This document shows positions 47,151-60,600 of a DNA stretch of 64,000 bases, piece after piece (position 1 is the stretch's first letter; each line of letters starts with the position of its first letter). The stretch spans positions 45,136,001 to 45,200,000 of the forward strand of contig NC_043015.1 in the NCBI RefSeq assembly GCF_006345805.1, in the 5' to 3' direction. The notes below the pieces were generated by a model. It did not search any database and was not told the origin of the DNA. It was given only the letters and a program-made list of their open reading frames with translations. A program made the position numbers and the translations under genes. The stretch is from Octopus sinensis. Lineage: Eukaryota.

Positions 47151-50100
47151 GGGGCACATGACAAACACCATCCGATCGTGGCCGTTCGCCAGCCTCATCT
47201 AGCACCTGTGTCGGTGGCACATAAAAACACCATCCGAAGACCCGGCAAGACTAGTCAGGCCATAACCCATGGCCCCTACCTGGGACGTAGTCAGTCCACC
47301 TGTGCATACCTTCCTTCTTGTGACACTTGTGAAGACCTGTTGAGGCAAGTGAAAATCAAATCAAAACAAATCAAAATAGATGAACATCAATGGAATTTGT
47401 ATCTTTGTGGTACCAGTGCCGGTGGCACGTGGCACATAAGAAAACCATCCGAACGTGGCCGTAGCCAGTACCGCATCGACTGGCCTCCGTGCTGTGGGCA
47501 CGTAACAAGCACCATCCGATCGTGGCTGTTTGCCAGCCTCATCTGGCACCTGTGCCGGTGGCACATAAAAACACCATCCGAGCGTGGCCGTCTGCCAGCC
47601 TCGTCTGGCACCTGTGTCGGTGGCACATAAAAACACCATCCGAGCGTGGCCATCTGCCAGCCTCGTCTGGCACCTGTGTCGGTGGCACATAAAAAACACC
47701 ATCCGAGCATGGCCGTCTGCCAGCCTCGTCTGGCACCTGTGTCGGTGGCACATAAAAAACACCATCCGAGCGTGGCCGTTTGTCAGCCTCGTCTGGCACC
47801 TGTGTCGGTGGCACATAAAATCACCCACTACACTCTCGGAGTGGTTGAAGTTAGGAAGGGCATCCAGCTGTAGAAACACTGCCAGATCTGACTGGACTGG
47901 TGCAGCTTTCGGGCTCCCCAGACCCCAGTTGAACCGTCCAACCCATGCTAGCATGGAAAGCGGACGTTAAATGATGATGATGATGATGATGATATATGTA
48001 GGCACAGGAGTGGCTGTGTGGTAAGTAGCTTGCTTACCAACCATGCGGTTCCGGGTTCAGTCCCACTGCATGGCACCTTGGGCAAGTGTCTTCTACTATA
48101 GCCTTGGGCCGACCAAAGCCTCGTGAGTGGATTTGGTAGACGGAAACTGAAAGAAGCCTGTCGTATATATATATGTGTGTGTGTGTGTCTGTGTTTGTCT
48201 CCCCAAAATCGCTTGACAACCGATGCTGGTGTGTTTACGTCCCCGTAACTTAGCGGTTTGGCAAAAGAGACCGATAGAATAAGTACTGGGCTTACAAAGA
48301 ATAAATCCTGGGGTCGATTTACTCGACTAAAGGTGGTGCTCCAGCATGGCCACAGTCAAATGACTAAAACAAATAAAAGAGTATTGCTCCAGAAACTTAG
48401 AAACTTCGTAATATGGACCATTACTGTCCCTTTCTACCAATTATTGGCAACCTGAACTTGCCTTAATTTATGTTGAGTTTGTCTGAAAGTAAGTTGTTTC
48501 AAGTAATTTGCTTCGTTTATATTTCCAGAGTTGAACATGCTGAAAAATTTCTACTGGACACAGCAAGAGATGCAACAAATCCCTTTGTAGGACTTGCATT
48601 CAAATTAGAAGTAAGTAAATGTCTTAATATTGAAGATGAGCTGGGGGGGGGTTTGTATGAAGTTATGTTGCAAACCCAAGGTGACATGCAAGGAGGTTAT
48701 GTATGTGTGTGTGTGTTACAATTGTAAGCTTCTTACAATTTCCATCTACCAAATTCACTTACAAGTCTTTCAGTGGCTCAGGGTTATAGTAGAAGACACT
48801 TGCCCAATGTGGCATGCAGTGATAAAAAGGGAAAAAGAAAAGGAAATGAATTAAAAAAAAATCTTGGGGCGGGACCACATCTTGGAAAATATAGCAAGCA
48901 CTGTCACTTATTGAACAGTCCTGTTATGCCATTGCATGGTATTTGTGAGTCACTATCATACAAGATATATTGTTTATTTTCAATATTCTGCAAAAACATA
49001 TCTGGCCATGAGGAAATATTAGCTCACTTGGAAATAGACGAGGCTGTGCAACAGGAAGGGCATCCTGTTGTAGAAAATCTGACCCAGTAAAGTCTGTCTG
49101 ACCCATGCAAATATGGAAAAGTGGATGCTAAAATAATGATGATGTTTGTGTCAGAGTTTAAAAAGAGAAATAAAAGTCCTTGATGATCGCACAAAATTTA
49201 AACAGGTCTTTTTTTTTGGTTTTTTCTAATGTTTCTTTAGGCAGGAAGATTTGGCCAGCTGACCTATCTTCGTTTGTATCAAGGAAGCTTGAAGCGAGGA
49301 GACACAATCATCAATACCAGAACACAGAAAAAGGTTCGAGTGCAAAGATTAGTGAGGATGCATGCTGATGAGATGCAGGTAAAAATTATTACCGAATGAC
49401 TGAAATTTATTTAAAATTATAAATATGCAATCCAAATATATTTCATAAAATAATTCTAAGCTTTTGTTATCAAAAATATTCATGTATTTTTTTTCCTGCA
49501 AATTAAACACTAAAGCAATCGTGAAATTCTCAATTTCCTAACCCTTTTATCACCATATTTCCATTAAAATACTCTGTCAAACTGTTTGCTAATATCTGCC
49601 AACTAATGATTAATTGTTATATACACATTAAACAGTGAGAATCAAAATGATGACTTTCATATCCATTCTTAATACAGGCAGATTCAAACCTAAATATGTT
49701 GATTGCTGTTGTTATTGGTTGTCAGATATTGGTATGTATCAGAAAGCAGAATATAAAAGAACTTTGTGCTAATCTCTCATCTGGCACAAAGCCACTTCTC
49801 ATGCTTCCACTCTTTCTCCGTTGAGAAGTCTTCATCTTGCAAATTACTTGGCAACCCCACTGGTGTTGGTGCCACGTAAAAAGCACTACTGTACAAGTGG
49901 TTGGCATTAGGGGGGGACATCTAGCCATAGAAACCAGGCCAAAGCAGTCAAGGGATCCTGGTGCAGCTCTCTAGTTTACCAGCTTGTCAAACCACCCAAC
50001 CCATATCAGCATGGAAGATGGGCATTAAATGATGATCTGCTTTGAATTCTTGTTAGATTCATTAGTCAGAGGTGCCTCACACTGATGAGATGTAACAATG

Positions 50101-51571
50101 TTGAAATACCAGCTGTCCCAGAGTCCCCTGCACTAACGAACTGAGTGTGTTACTAATATACATTCATCTGAAAGGAGTAGTTTCTTCTTAACGAAACACA
50201 ACAGTGATTAGCATATCTATGCTCGAATCTGCCAGAACATATTTCTTATGAATAAAAAGACGCGGCAGGACAAGTGAGACCATAACCCATGGCCTCTACC
50301 TGGGATGTAGCCAGTCCACTTATGCATACTTTTCCTTCTTGGGACACAAAACTCTACTTGTGAAGACCTGTTGAGGCAAGTGAAAATCAAAAATCGAAAT
50401 CGATCAACATCAATGGAAATCGCAGCTGTGATACTAGTGCCAGTGGTACATAAGAAAACCATCCGAACGTGGCCATTGCCAGCGCCGCCCTGACTGGCCT
50501 CGTGCCAGTAGCATCTGATCGTGGCCGTTTGCCAGCCTTATCTGGCACCTGTGCCGGTGGCACGTAAAAGCACCCACTACATTCACGGAGTGGTTGGCGT
50601 TAGGAAAGGCATCCAGCCGTAGAAACATTGCCAGATCAGACTGGGCCTGGTGCAGCCTTCTGGCTTCCCACACCCCGGTCGAACCGTCCAACCCATGCTA
50701 GCATGGAAAGCGGACGCTAAACGATGATGATGAAATATGCAAATCATTGGTTGGATTCTTGCTGTTCCCCATGCATGTCGCAATTTATTAGAAAGAAAAT
50801 ACAAATATCTATCTATATATTTTGCTTTACTAACAGGAAGTGCCTGAAGGATTTGCTGGTGATATTTGTGCCCTCTTTGGAATCGATTGTGCCAGTGGAG
50901 ATACATTTGTTACAAAAGGCAACACTAATATCTCTATGGTAAGACTTATTTATTTTCCTTGCTTTTTTCCCCTATTCTTTTCTAAAAATCTCATAGTTTT
51001 CCGATATACAGTTGTCATAGGCACTAATGTTTTACTGTGAAATCTCCAAGTGTGCAGTGTCTTGAACAGATCAACTCCTTCATTTTGCCCTGGCATACTT
51101 TTGATATCTTGTACATTTGCCTAATGCACCCCATGTTTTACACATAAAAATATCCCCAACTATAGCCCCCATTCCATCACTAGAAATGCTTATGTAAGAA
51201 ATAATTTGGGAAAATAGGCGTGGCTGTGTAGTCAAGAAACTTGCTTCCCAAGCATAGCACCTTGGGCAACCATCTTCTACTATGGCCCTTGACTGACCAG
51301 AGCCTTGTGAGTAGCTATTTTAGATTGAAATCAAAAGAAGCCCATCATTAATATCATCATCATCATCATCGTCGTTTAACGTCCGTTCTCCATGCTAGCA
51401 TGGGTTGGACGGTTCGACCGGGGTTCTGGGAAGCCAGAAGGCTGCACCAGGCTCCAGTCTAATTTGGCAATGTTTCTACAGCTGGATGCCCTTCCTAACG
51501 CCAACCACTCCGTGAGTGTAGTGGGTGCTTTTTACGTGCCACCTGCATATATATATGTATGTATGTATGTG

Positions 51572-51604
<33 letters not shown>

Positions 51605-54600
51605 CTTGTTTCAATCATTTGACTCTGGCCATGCTGGAGCACCACCTTTAGTCAAGCAAATCGACCCCAGGACTTATTCTTTGTAAGCCTAGTACTTATT
51701 CTATCGGTTTCTTTTGCCGAACTGCTAAGTTACGGGGACGTAAACACACCAGCATCGGTTGTCAAGTGATATACACACACATATATATATACACGACGGG
51801 CTTCTTTCAGTTTCCGTCTACCAAATCCACTCACAAGGCTTTGGTCGGCCCGAGGCTATAGTAGAAGACACTTACCCAAGGTGCCATGCAGTGGGACTGG
51901 ACCCGGAACCATGTGGTTGGTAAGCAAGCTACTTACCACACAGCCACTCCTATGCCTATATATATATATATATATATACATACACATATGTGTGTGTGTA
52001 TCCTTGTCTAGACATGATGATTATAAATGAACATCGCCTTCACACAAGCAGTGTTGTTCCTTTCCATTGTTCTGTGGAAAACATGTCTGGTCCTGGGGAA
52101 ATATTACCTTGCTTGGAAATGGGTAAGGGTTGCCAATAAAAAGGGCATCCAACTATAGAATCTTGCATTAATTGATCTGAAAAGCCAATACTGATTGCAC
52201 ATGTTTACCTGTTCACTCACCTGGCATTTTTTGTTGATGAATGATGGACAGTAAATCATGTTTCACACTGCATTCTGAAAAGAACACAGTCTTGTTATTC
52301 CAGTTGCTCTTGTGTTTCAGCTCCTCCTGTTACCATTCTCTGCATTTCACCTCCAGGCTCTGGAGAAAATACTTCCCCCCACCAAGTCTTTTTCCTTACA
52401 AATGTTCCCTTCTAGAATTTCATCCTTGATATCTTTTCTCACAAGCCATTAACCCTTTCGTTACCAACCCAGCTGAAACCGGCTCTGGCTCTGAGTACAA
52501 ATGTCATGTTTTCATAAGTTTTGAATTAAAATCTTCCACCAAACTTTAGTCACAATTTATGTTCCTAACACTAGCTTCATGATAACTAAGTTATTTTACT
52601 AAATTCTTTGTTATATTTAACCCTTTCATTACCAACCTGGTCAAAACTGGCTCTGTAGTACAAATGTCTTGTTTTCATAAGTGTTGAATTAAAATTTTCC
52701 ACCAAACCTTACTCACAGTTTATGTTCCTAACACTAGCTGAATGATAACTAAATATAACAAAGAATTTAGTAAAATAACTTAAAGTAATTGAAAGAAACA
52801 CTGAGCATCTCAAAATAAATATAGTAACGAAAGGGTTAACCTCGACAGTAAACAAACACCAAATGCCCTTGCCTCTATTCTGGGTGGATCTAAAATGGCC
52901 ACTTGCACTGCTTCTGCATTTCAGAATATTTAATAAAATATCATTACACATCACCCTCATCCTTAGCAGTTATAACTACTTGAAAAGCATTTGACAACAA
53001 TAACTGCAGAAGGATTGGAGAAAAGCACAGTGTGGTTTTGGAGCTTGCTTTTGAATCATATGGTCTCTGGTTCAGACCCACTACTTGGCACCTTGGGCAA
53101 GTGTCTTCTACTATAGTCCCCTGATCAACTAAAGCCTTGTGAGTGGATTTGTTAGAAACTGAAAGAAACTTGTTGTATATGTACATATACAGCGGTGGTG
53201 CCCCAGCATGGCTGCAGCCTTCGGGCTAAAACATTTTTAAGGATTTATATATATATATACATAAGTGGGTTTGCTTGTGCATGGGTGTAGGGTATGCTTG
53301 TCCTGACATCATATGATGGTTGTAAATGAGCATCATTGTCATATAAGTGGCATTATTCATTTCCAGTCTTCTGCTAAAAAAAAATGACATGTCAGATCAT
53401 GGGAAATATTACCTTGTTGGAAACAGGTGAGGGTTTGCAACAGGAAGGTATCCAGCCATAGGAAATCTGCTTCAGCAAAATTCCATCTTACCCTTGCGAG
53501 TATGGAAAAATGGATGTTAAATGAAGAATCTCAATTTTGTTTTTGGTTAAGCACCAAAACAGCCAGTTTCTTATAGAGAAGGGGAGCAGTGAATTGAAGA
53601 AAATTATATTTTTGGTAATTATTTTATTGATACTAGAGAGGGGAAATGTTAAGGTGACTTTGGCATTATTTGAACTTAAAACACAGGGAATTGAAAGTAA
53701 GAGATAAAAGACATTTAACCTGGTTTCTTACAGTTTCTTCTGCTCCATCACCCTTGGTCTTTTTTTATTACAAAAATCTTCTCAAATTTTCACAGGAATC
53801 CATGTATATTCCTGAACCAGTGATCTCTATGTCAATCCAACCAGTGAGCCAGAAAGATTCAGACAACTTTTCTAAAGGTTTGGCTCGATTCACCAAAGAA
53901 GACCCTACATTGGTTGTTAAATTTAATCCCGAGAGCAGAGAAACATTGATCTCTGGCATGGGTGAGCTGCATTTAGACATCTACACTCAGGTAAGCAATA
54001 TTTTTCCTCCTCTTTGTTGTGTTTACCTGGTGCAGGTGGGAAATATGTCCTTTCGATGTTTTTGTGGCCCTTGGAATGAATTTTCTCATTTTTAGCATTG
54101 CTAGATACCTTTTTAATAGCTGGTAGATAAGGTCTTGGTACATATCAATGGCCCAGAAAAATGCCATTAAGCACTTTGCCCTGTGCTTGCCGTCTTTGAA
54201 ATACTACTACTACTACTAATAATAATAATGGTTTCAAATTTTGGCACAAGGCCAGCAATTTTAGGGAGGTGGGTAAGTTGATTAAACTGAATCCTAGTGT
54301 TCAACTGATACTTATTTTATCCACCCTCAAAAGGATGAAAGGCAAAATCAACCTCAGCAGAATTTGGACTCAGAACACAAAGGAGGATGAAATTCCGCTA
54401 AGCATTTTACCCAACATGCTAATGATTCTTATTTCTTTATTGACCACAAGGGGCTAAACATAGAGGGGACAAATAAGGGGATTAAGTCGATTACATCGAC
54501 TCCAGTGCATAACTGGTACTTAATTTATGACCCCCGAAAGGATGAAAGGCAAAGTCGACCTCGGCGGAATTTGAACTCAGAACGTAACAGCAGACGAAAT

Positions 54601-57600
54601 ACCGCTAAGCATTTTGTCCGGCGTGCTAACATTTCTGCCAGCTCACCGCCTTCTAATGATTCTGGTAGCTTGCTGTCTTTGAAATAGTAAGAATAAAACT
54701 ACCAGTTAAGATCATGGCTTCTGATCTTAACTGATTGGAAGTGTTATCATGTACATTGTTTTGTCTTGGTATAAAAGATGGGCTACAGCAAATATTCTGC
54801 TCAATACCACAGATTTGCTGGTCAGTTGTTTGACCTTAATCAGTCAAGCATGTCCCTTAGTGGCTGATGATATGTGCACCTCTGATAATGAGTAGATGTA
54901 GTGGGGCAGCATCATAGCCATGTGTTGAGAGGAATTCTTTGGGGTTTAAATAATTCACCTCTGGAAACATGGGTGGTTCGTTCAACATCCTTAAACAACC
55001 CTTTTTCGGGGACCTTTTGAGTGGGACCAATTCATGATGGGTATATTGGGCTTTGTATATTTGTACCCCAGTGTCACTTTGATGGCATGTGCTGCTCTTT
55101 CACTCAATAATAATAAAAATGCGGCATTTCTAAAAGCTAATATTTCAAAAGATAGTAAAACTGTGTTTATTGAAAATATATTTCAGCGCTTGGAACGGGA
55201 ATATAATGCCAAATGTGTTCTTGGGAAACCTAAAGTTGCTTTCCGAGAAACTCTTTTAGCTCCTTGCGAGTAAGTATATTGTTTCATTTCTTATTTATCA
55301 TTTATTTGTAACGTTTTGTACACAATTTATTTCATTGAAGCAAGGGCTATTATTGTTATTGTTGTTGTTGTTTGTCAATACAGCATGGCACCAATGGCAG
55401 CAGTGTTTCAGTCTTAGAATGGAGGGGCAGGGCTGTTGATGCTACTTTTCATTCTCACCACAATCTACATTTCTTTATCAATATCTATAAAGCTGAAATG
55501 CGAAAAAGTTATTTGATTTCTTGGTTATTTGTCTCATTTTGGGATGGGAACAGTTTAAGGGGCAGTAGATGGGGTCAGATTGGCACCGAAATTTATACTG
55601 GGGGGGGGGGGGGTAAAATGGGGTGGGCAATGGTGTGAGGAGGGTTGCAAGTCACTCAGGGCTACCGTTTGGTTGCCATGGTGAGGAATATGGGAAAAAC
55701 TGAGTTTTATGGGATAGACAGGTTGCGCTGTTTGAATAATGGTGGCTTTTCATGTTGCTGCAGGAGCTAGAGGCGGTTATCTTTAATTGTGGGTGTAAAA
55801 ATTTAGGGGATTTTGGAAGGGATGGAGGGGGGGGGGCATCAACTATGGAGATGATGAGGAGAAAAGAAAGAGTGGAAGAAGAGAAAGAAGATAAAGATGA
55901 AGAAAAAATTAAAAAAAGAGAAAGAAGAGGGCAATATAAAGAACCAGGCAAAGAAGAAAGGGAAAAGGAAACAACATGCATAAAACAACACCACCGCCAA
56001 AACCTGAGCGAAGCATGGGTCAAAATAGCTAGTCTTTCTATAGTTGTAAAGTTGTGAGGGTACGTGGCTAAGTGGTTAGAATATTTAGCTCAAGATTGTT
56101 AGGTTGTGAGTTCAATACCTGGCAGTGCTTTGTGTCCTTGAGTAAGACATTTTATTTCACATTACTCCAGTCCACTTAGCTGGCAAAAATGAGTAGTATC
56201 TCTGTTTCAAAGGACCAGCCTTGTTACATTCTTATTTCTTTATTGCCCACAAGGGGCTAAACATAGAGGGGACAAACAAGGGGATTAAGTCAATTACATC
56301 AACCCCAGTGCTTAACTGGTACTTAATTTATTGACCCTGAAAGGATGAAAGGCAAAGTCGGTGTAATGGCAGACAAAATACCGATAAGCATATCGCCTGG
56401 CATGCTAACGTTTCTGCCAGCTCGCCGCCTTGTTACACTCTATGTCACGATGAATCTCCCCGAGAACTACGTTATGGTTACACATGTCTGTGGAGTGCTC
56501 AGCCACTTGCATGTTAATTTCACAAGCAGGCTGTTCCATTGATCAGATTGTCTGGAACCCTCATCATTATAATAATCAACAGGGTGCCAGAGTAGCCGTA
56601 AAGATATTTTTGTATAGCTGAAAAGAAATTGTGGTTAAGGTATATGGCCTAGTGATGAGGTCGTTGTACTCATGATCACGGTTTCAATTCCCAGACCAAG
56701 CAGTGCAGTGTTCTTGAGAAAAAGCACCCCATTTCACATTGCTCCAGTCCACTCAGCTGTAAATGTGTAATCCTGTGAGAAGTCCAGCATCCTGGTCTAG
56801 GTAGATGTTATGATCTCAGCCACTTATACACATTGGAAACTGGATAACTGGCCTTACGAGTCCTAAGACTCAGGACAGGGATGTTTAAGGGAAAGAAATT
56901 GTATTTTCATAAAGATATAATAGTTCCCAAATGTGATAATGGACAATTTTCTTTCATTTCAGATTCGATTACCTTCATAAAAGACAGTCAGGAGGTCAGG
57001 GTCAATATGGTCGCGTCATAGGAATTATGGAGGTCAGTTGACACTTTCATTTATTTCAAAATGAATTATGAATGAAGTAATTAATTTTTTATCTTTAACT
57101 TGTTTCAGTCAGTAGGCTATGGTCACGCTGAGGTACCATTTTGAAGGGTTTAGCTGAACAATTTGATCCCAGAACTTTTTTCTATCTCTGGTACATATTC
57201 AAGTGATCTTTTTTGCCAAACATGTAAATTACAGGGACATAAACAAACCAACACTTGTTGGGAGGTGGCTTGGACAAGCACACACACACATACATATATA
57301 TGTGTGTGTGCGTGATGGACTTCCACTCAGTTATTGTCTTTACAGCTGGATATCCTTCTGAATGTTGAAGTAGGCAGATTAAACTGAAAAGTTCCTGGTT
57401 TTGGGTGAAAGAAAATCCAGGAGGATCAGTGAATTAGGATTTTATTCAACATATTTCCCTCTCAGATTCACACACTTATTGCAGCGGTCCTTCAGTTTTT
57501 CTAAACCCTGTAAAAGAACTTGGAAGTAAAAGGCCTTCAATCAGGCCTTTCGCAATATCCTTAAAGCCAGGAACTTTTCAGCACCGCCTCTTCTATGCAT

Positions 57601-60600
57601 ATGGACAATGATATACCTCATATTACATTGTATATGGGATGTTCATTGTATATCTTGTGTTACAAGTAGTTTGGTCAGATTTGAGAACAATGGACCATGC
57701 AACTGATATAACCCACTATCAAGAGGCATATTCCATTACTGACCTGTTCAACCCATACAAACCTGGAAAAAAATATATACACAAACAATGCCGGTGGCAC
57801 GTAAAAGACACCATTCGAGCGTAATCGTTACTCAAGCCTTGTGCTAGTAGGGTATTAAGAGCACCATCCGCGTGTGATCGTTGCCAGAGCGGCTATCTGA
57901 CCTCTGTGCCGGTGGCATGTAAAAGACACCATTCGAGCGTGATCGTTACCAGCATCGCCTTACTGGCACCTGTGCCGGTGGCAAGTGTAAAAGATTCGAA
58001 CGAGGTCATTGCCAGTACCGCCTGACTGGCCCCTGTGCCGGTGGCATGTAAAAGCACCCACTACACTTGCGGAGTGGTTGGCGTTAGGAAGGGCATCCAG
58101 CTGCAGAAACCCTGACAGATCAAGATTGAAGCCTGGTGCAGCCATCTGGTTCGCCAACTCTGTCATTCGTCCAACCCATGCTAGCATGGAAAGCGGACGT
58201 TAAACGATGATGATGAGATGATATTATGATAATTATCATAAAAATTTGCTTTAAGCTACCTCGGATTTCAATGCAATAAGATTGAATGATATATTTTTGA
58301 TTAAGTCCGTAATTATATGTGCGTATCTTTTGATGTGTAGATGTTTTTCTTTCATTATTGTTTTACTTTATTTTATTTTTATGTAGCCATTACCTCCACA
58401 TGAAAACACACAGCTAAAATTTGTTGATGAGACCTCTGGAACAAACGTACCAAGACCTTATCTACCAGCTATTAAAAAGGTATCTAGCGAAAGTTTTTAT
58501 TTCATATCTGATCAGATCCATTGCCAGACTTTGGTACCTTGGGGCTGCTTCAGAATATTCTGGGTGGGCACTAGATGGTACACCATTGAATAGTAAGTGG
58601 GGCAGTGTCGTCTTTAACAACAGGCATGTTTCCGATCTTTAAAATGCTGTATTTAGAAAGAATGTGGTGCTAAACTTGTTAGTTTTGGTTGTAAATATTT
58701 CTTGGGAATCATTAAATTTGGTGTCTTAGTTCAGCCAGCCTTGAGCCTTCTGATTCCTGTATTCATGGAAGATTTGAAACAAACAACACTGCTTGTATAA
58801 TGGTGAAACTCATTTACAACTAACACTTTAATCTGATTATTCTTAGAGGGCCTGCAAATGCTATCATTAATTACAGCCTCTTCCTCTAGATTAAAAAAAA
58901 AAAGCCCAAAAAAACAAAAGTAAAACAAAAACTGAAAACAATTGCTTCTTACGTGGCACAAGCACAGGCAAGGTCAGTTTTGGCATGGATTTTACAGCTG
59001 GATGTCTTTCCAAATGCCAACCACTTTACAGTGTGGACTGAATACATTACATACATATATATATAGAGCGGTTGTATACTGTCAACATAATGTGACAGTC
59101 CTGTAAGGGAATTACACCACTGCTGTTTAGCCCTAGGAAGCATCAACGTTTCCTGTCGGCCTTGACACATTTCCTATGTCCTTACATTTACGACACAGGA
59201 AATGTGTCAAGGCCGACAGGAAGCGTCGATGCTTCCTAGGGCTAAACAGCGGTGGTGTAATTCCCTTATGGGACTGTCACGCTATGTTGACTTTATACAA
59301 CCGCTCTATCGCTCCACCACCGCTCATGTCTCTTTGAGACATTTAGAAATTCAATATTTCTAATATATATATATATTATATATATATATATATATATAAA
59401 ACAAGAGAAAAGGTGGTTATGCTGTGTCCCTCTCTCCCTCTTTCTCTGGGATTGTTTCATGTCTGTAGGCATAAATAGAACTTAACCTTTATTTCATGTT
59501 TGATTTTCTTCAGTTTTGATCCTTTTATTTTCCAAAACTAAATTTTTGTTGTTTGACTTCCTGTCTTTATTGTTGATAGGGTTTCTTACATTCTTGTGGC
59601 AAGGGGACTTTATGCGGGCATCCAATTTCCGGTGTCAGCTTTAGACTACAAGACGGTAAGCAGAAGTTTTCAAATCATCAGCAGCAGCACAACATCACAC
59701 CCTTCTCTACCACCATTATTATTATTATTTAATTTTTCCATACTTGCAAGAACTGAAAATGTCCATCACATTGAATCTTTCTACATGTCTTTCAATTCTA
59801 CATCAAGTCATGTTAAAATATAGTCTAATGGTGTGGAACGACCATTCAATCAGTTCCTTCCAAATTCATGTAGTTTTCCATTAACATCCATTCTCATGGT
59901 ACACCTAGTGAGCTTAAATAATAATTTTTAATATAGGCACAAGCCTGAATTTTATCAATCTCAAAAGATGAAAGGCAATGTTAACCAGAGTAGAATTTGA
60001 ACTCGAGACAGAGCAAATATTGCCAGTCTTTTGTCCAATGTTCTGGCAAGCCTGCCATTCTGCTACCCCTTCTAAAAAGGACTGCTTTAATTATTTTTTT
60101 TATGATTATGATTTATTTATTATTTTAAAAAATAATATCAACATTTATGCATATGCCCACACACCCATATAATTCCCTATATTTTGAAAGTGGTGCACCT
60201 CATGCCTTAGCTGTGATTCTCTCTCTCTCTCTCTTTTATTTGTTTGTCATTTGACTGTGGCCATGCTGGAGCACTACTTTTAGTCGAGCAAATCGACCCC
60301 AGGACTTATTCTTTGTAAGCCTACTACTTATTCTATCGGTCCCTTTTGCTGAACCGCTAAGTTACGGGGACGTAAACACACCAGCATCGGTTGTCAAGTG
60401 ATGTTGGGGAGACAAACATATACACACACATATACACAAACATATACATACATATATATATATATGACGGGCTTCTTTCAGTTTCCGTCTACCAAATCCA
60501 CTCTCAAGGCTTTGGTCGGCCCAAGGCTACAGTAGAAGACACTTGCCCAAAGTGCCTCATAGTGGGACTGAACCTGGAACCATGTGGTTCATAAGCAAGC

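Noticed and set aside
47511-47820. Regular 62-63-bp array resembling a CRISPR array
   Set aside because: There are no unique spacers; the whole unit repeats, it is part of an RTE LINE 3' UTR in a eukaryotic intron, and there are no cas genes
46920-47970. Long repetitive ORFs (236 aa, 197 aa, 128 aa)
   Set aside because: They run through SINE, microsatellite and RTE tandem units, have no domain signature and lie within a GFM1 intron
54703-54733. 12-bp-stem hairpin cagttaagatca...tgatcttaactg
   Set aside because: Short, and it sits at the 5' edge of a probable (TAA)n-tailed retroelement fragment; likely an insertion scar
55652-56057. E/K-rich and S/L-rich ORFs
   Set aside because: Low-complexity purine tract within a repeat
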